Source of the DNA: Welwitschia mirabilis
Taxonomy: Eukaryota
Direction: 5' to 3'
Assembly: GCA_051453625.1 (NCBI GenBank)
Contig: JBOZIK010000001.1
Span: 38,783,866 to 38,821,951 of the forward strand
DNA: 38,086 bases
Under the pieces are notes generated by a model. The model searched no databases. It saw nothing but the letters and a program-made list of their open reading frames with translations, and was not told where the DNA came from. Every line of letters begins with the position of its first letter. The first letter of the stretch is position 1. A program made the position numbers and the translations under genes. Below, in pieces: positions 34,966-38,086 of this stretch.

Positions 34966-37900
34966 TGATAAGCAAATTCTGCAAGATTCAAGAGTAATAG
35001 AAAGAGTTTCAAATTATAATTTGCTAAATTAAGCTGTTGCGGTGTGAATTTATGCAATCCTAAAGTCCTTTAGGTAAATCTATAAATTAAATAAATTGCA
35101 AAAAAACACATACTAGTATAGATGAAAGTTCACCCGAATGTCGTAATCCCAATGAAGGAACTAGGCTTAGAGTTAGAGAATTGATTTCCAAAGGTATTTT
35201 TAGTCTTTTATCTTTTAATAATTAAAAGTAAATAATAAAGTAAATGCAATGAAATAAATGAATATGAAATGAAAATAGAAATGGAATGAATTCTATTAGT
35301 TCCTAATACTTCTATCATAATAACTAGTTCTCTATAATTTAGATCAATTAAGAAGAGTACTTAAATTATTCCTAGTCAACATGAACTATGAGATATATCA
35401 AGTAGAATAAGGAATGCAATGGAAGTGGAATAATAATGTAATCTAATACTAAACAAATTCAACCTTAACAAAGGTTTCCTTTCTGATCTAAATAAATTAC
35501 AGAGTTGTCACATAAATTATAACCAACTTAAACCACAAGGGACATACACAGAATTGGAATGAAAAGAGTGATTGTGTTAATTCAAAGAACTTTACATCCA
35601 CTTACAACAAAGTAGCATCACTTCAATGGAAGAGACTCAGTCTCACACCAAAATAATATCTCTCTATAGCTAGGGGATGACCTCATTCTTCAGTCTTCCA
35701 TCACAAGCATATCAGGTCAAAAGATGAATTGGAAGTAAGGATGAGGGAGGTATTTGTAGTTTTACATTAAAAGTTCTAGAACTGTAACCCTAGAAGTCAC
35801 AGAAGAAACCCTAGCAGCCTAAGTGGAGTGCATGATCCCATTACAAGATAATTCAGTCCTGCTTCTATAAAACAGTTGTCACTCTGATTATCCTGGGGAT
35901 GACAATGAGGACAATGTTCCTTTATAATAGATAATTAATCAGCTTTTGACTTTGTAATCGACCCAGTATTTTAGCTTTCAAATATGTCATCATGTCTTAT
36001 GTTACGGAGACAACAATGGGGATGACACTTCCTTAGAAAAGGTGCTTTATTAACTTCAAGCTTTAGTCCAAATCACTATTTGTAATAGGCCAATATAGTG
36101 CTATCATCCCCTACATTATGGGGACAACAACAGGGATGACACTCTTCTAAAGCTTCTTAGGTAAAGCAAATTAGCCTTCTTTATCATTAATATTCATCCA
36201 ACATACTAAGTACTAGAACATGCCTGAAATGCCTACAATTATGCCAAGAATTACATGTTTTTGTGATCATTCCATTGACCCTTCATAATCATCAGAATTA
36301 CATCCAAACTTGTATAAATGTCCTGCAAAAGTACTCTAAATACACCATCAAATTCCTNNNNNNNNNNATCATCGCAACCTAGCCCCCTACTTAGCCTTGT
36401 CAGTCCTTGACAAAGTGGAAAATCAACTATATTATGAATCAATTTGAATAAGATAATCATCAACTAGAAAAATGGAATTTGAGTTTAATTTTATCATGTG
36501 GGAGTAGACAAGAAAAATCCATTAACTGATACAATTATTGATGTAGTAATCAGCCCCCTACTTAAACACATCACAATGAAGCAAATGAATGTCATAGACA
36601 TAAACAAATCAAAAAATCTAATAATGATAGTTCAGAAAATGATCATGTATAAGCATAATTCAAGAAAGTAATGTTAAAACTAATGTGTAAAACTTAAGTA
36701 ATAATAATCTTAAAGAATGATGCATGAAAAATTCATTAATGTGTTATATAATAGGCAAAGTACAAGAGTAAATATAGCATTTTAGATGATCTAGAACATA
36801 GCTACAAGAAAATTAATGAGTATGTTGTTGTGCTCCTGCTAAATAAAATTTATGAAATTTATTCAAGTAACATGAAATCATATCCAAATAACTCATCTTA
36901 AATATGTATCATAAAATTTTAAAATGATACTTTTAAATTTAAATTATAATTTTTTTGCTAATATCTTAGAAGAAAGCTCAGAGAGGTGTTCTGCTCCCAC
37001 CATAGGGAAAGCAAGATATCCCGGATTATACAAAGTAAAAAGAATGACTATTATCCTATCTGTCATGGATACAATAGACATGGAACAATAGTAATGAAAT
37101 GAGAAGTTTGAATAGATTAGGAAAAATTCAAAAAATTTTAAGAGAAAACAAGTAGTCAAAAAGCAGCAGAAAAATAGAAGGAAGGTAAAAAGTAAAGAAT
37201 TTATAGTAAAAAACATTATCATGGGGAAAGAGATATAGGAGACCAGAATAATGTATGAAGTACAAGGAAGCAATGCTCAAAAAAACTTCTCAAATGTATC
37301 TAAACGCCATGAGTATTCAAGATTTTGTAAGTGGATGTATGCAAAACCGAAGTAAAAGATATGGAACAAATAGTAGTAGAAAACAAAAGGAACACATCAA
37401 TCAAAGTGAAAGAAATACATAAAAAGTTCATTGAAAAGAAAAACAACCCTTTTAAAGAAAAACTATGAGTGAAAATAAAAAGACAACTAGAAAATGACCA
37501 AATGATCAAGTCCTAATTATTATGTGAAGAAAGATATGACAATGACTTTGAAAATTCCAAATAAAAACAACTAAGGAAAAACATAGTGGAAATGGACAAT
37601 TAGAAACATGCAGAAGATTGCTTTCTACCCAAAATTCCATCCTAGTAAAGTCCCTTGTGAGAAATCATAAAATCACCTAATAATGATGCATGACATAATG
37701 TAAAAATTCATAAAGTTCCACTCAAATAGGTAATGATTANNNNNNNNNNNNNNNNNNNNNNNNNNNNNNNNNNNNNNNNNNNNNNNNNNNNNNNNNNNAA
37801 AATAGGAACTGACAAGCTATCATCTCAAAACAACATTAGAATCTAAAAATGTAAAGTAATCATGTGAAAGTACTATAAAAAGTATATAAAATGAGTCTAG

Positions 37901-38086
37901 AAAACAAGCAATGCCTCTGATAACATTAGGGACATCACTGATCTTGTAGCCTCTAAGTATAGTTTTATTCTACCATAGTGGGGAAAATGCAACTATTGTC
38001 AAAGGAGTAAGGACCTACATAGCATGACCAACTAACTCCCTAGTGGAGTTTCCACAGCTACCATATTACATTGCCAAAGGCTCCTC
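34966..38086 (-). mobile_element. Athila-like element: probable 3' LTR (~34966-36371) and adjacent internal region running off the window
   Basis: TGAT...ATCA-type ends (TGATAAGC at 34966, ATCA at 36368-36371); minus-strand pre-LTR motif TTGTCAAGGACTGACAAGGCTAAGTAGGGGG (~36413-36383); a second TTTAAGTAGGGGG copy at ~36566-36554. Confidence 0.5.

Larger units (their letters stand above)
621..37798. other. Eight assembly gaps: 621-706, 6607-7313, 19945-20044, 25058-25157, 25412-25442, 28250-28349, 36358-36367, 37740-37798
   Basis: Runs of N; three are exactly 100 N, the usual placeholder for a gap of unknown size. Confidence 0.99.

Overview
AT-rich plant nuclear scaffold segment with eight N-gaps, dominated by decayed transposable elements. 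The only host coding sequence I can support is the terminal exon of a clade-D PP2C phosphatase (11283-11501, +). No upstream exon is visible, so everything to its left is probably one TE-filled intron of more than 11 kb. That region holds a very short, internally deleted CRM-like (Ty3/gypsy chromovirus) element, a hAT transposase remnant, and a Tnt1/Tork-like copia. The copia integrase is split by a non-autonomous hAT element (8-bp TSD) carrying a 121-bp tandem array, and an antisense copia RT-RNaseH-LTR fragment sits where its RT should be. Downstream of the gene lie a full-length degenerate copia (14536-20667, +), a SIRE-like copia with an extra env-like ORF (~20768-31596, -) and Athila-like remnants (~31600-38086, -). 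I found no convincing new biological system. The most interesting items are structural: the minimal CRM derivative, the satellite-carrying hAT, CpG-decayed motif arrays, and gap-flanking duplications that look like assembly artefacts. All family assignments come from motif recognition by eye, with no database search.
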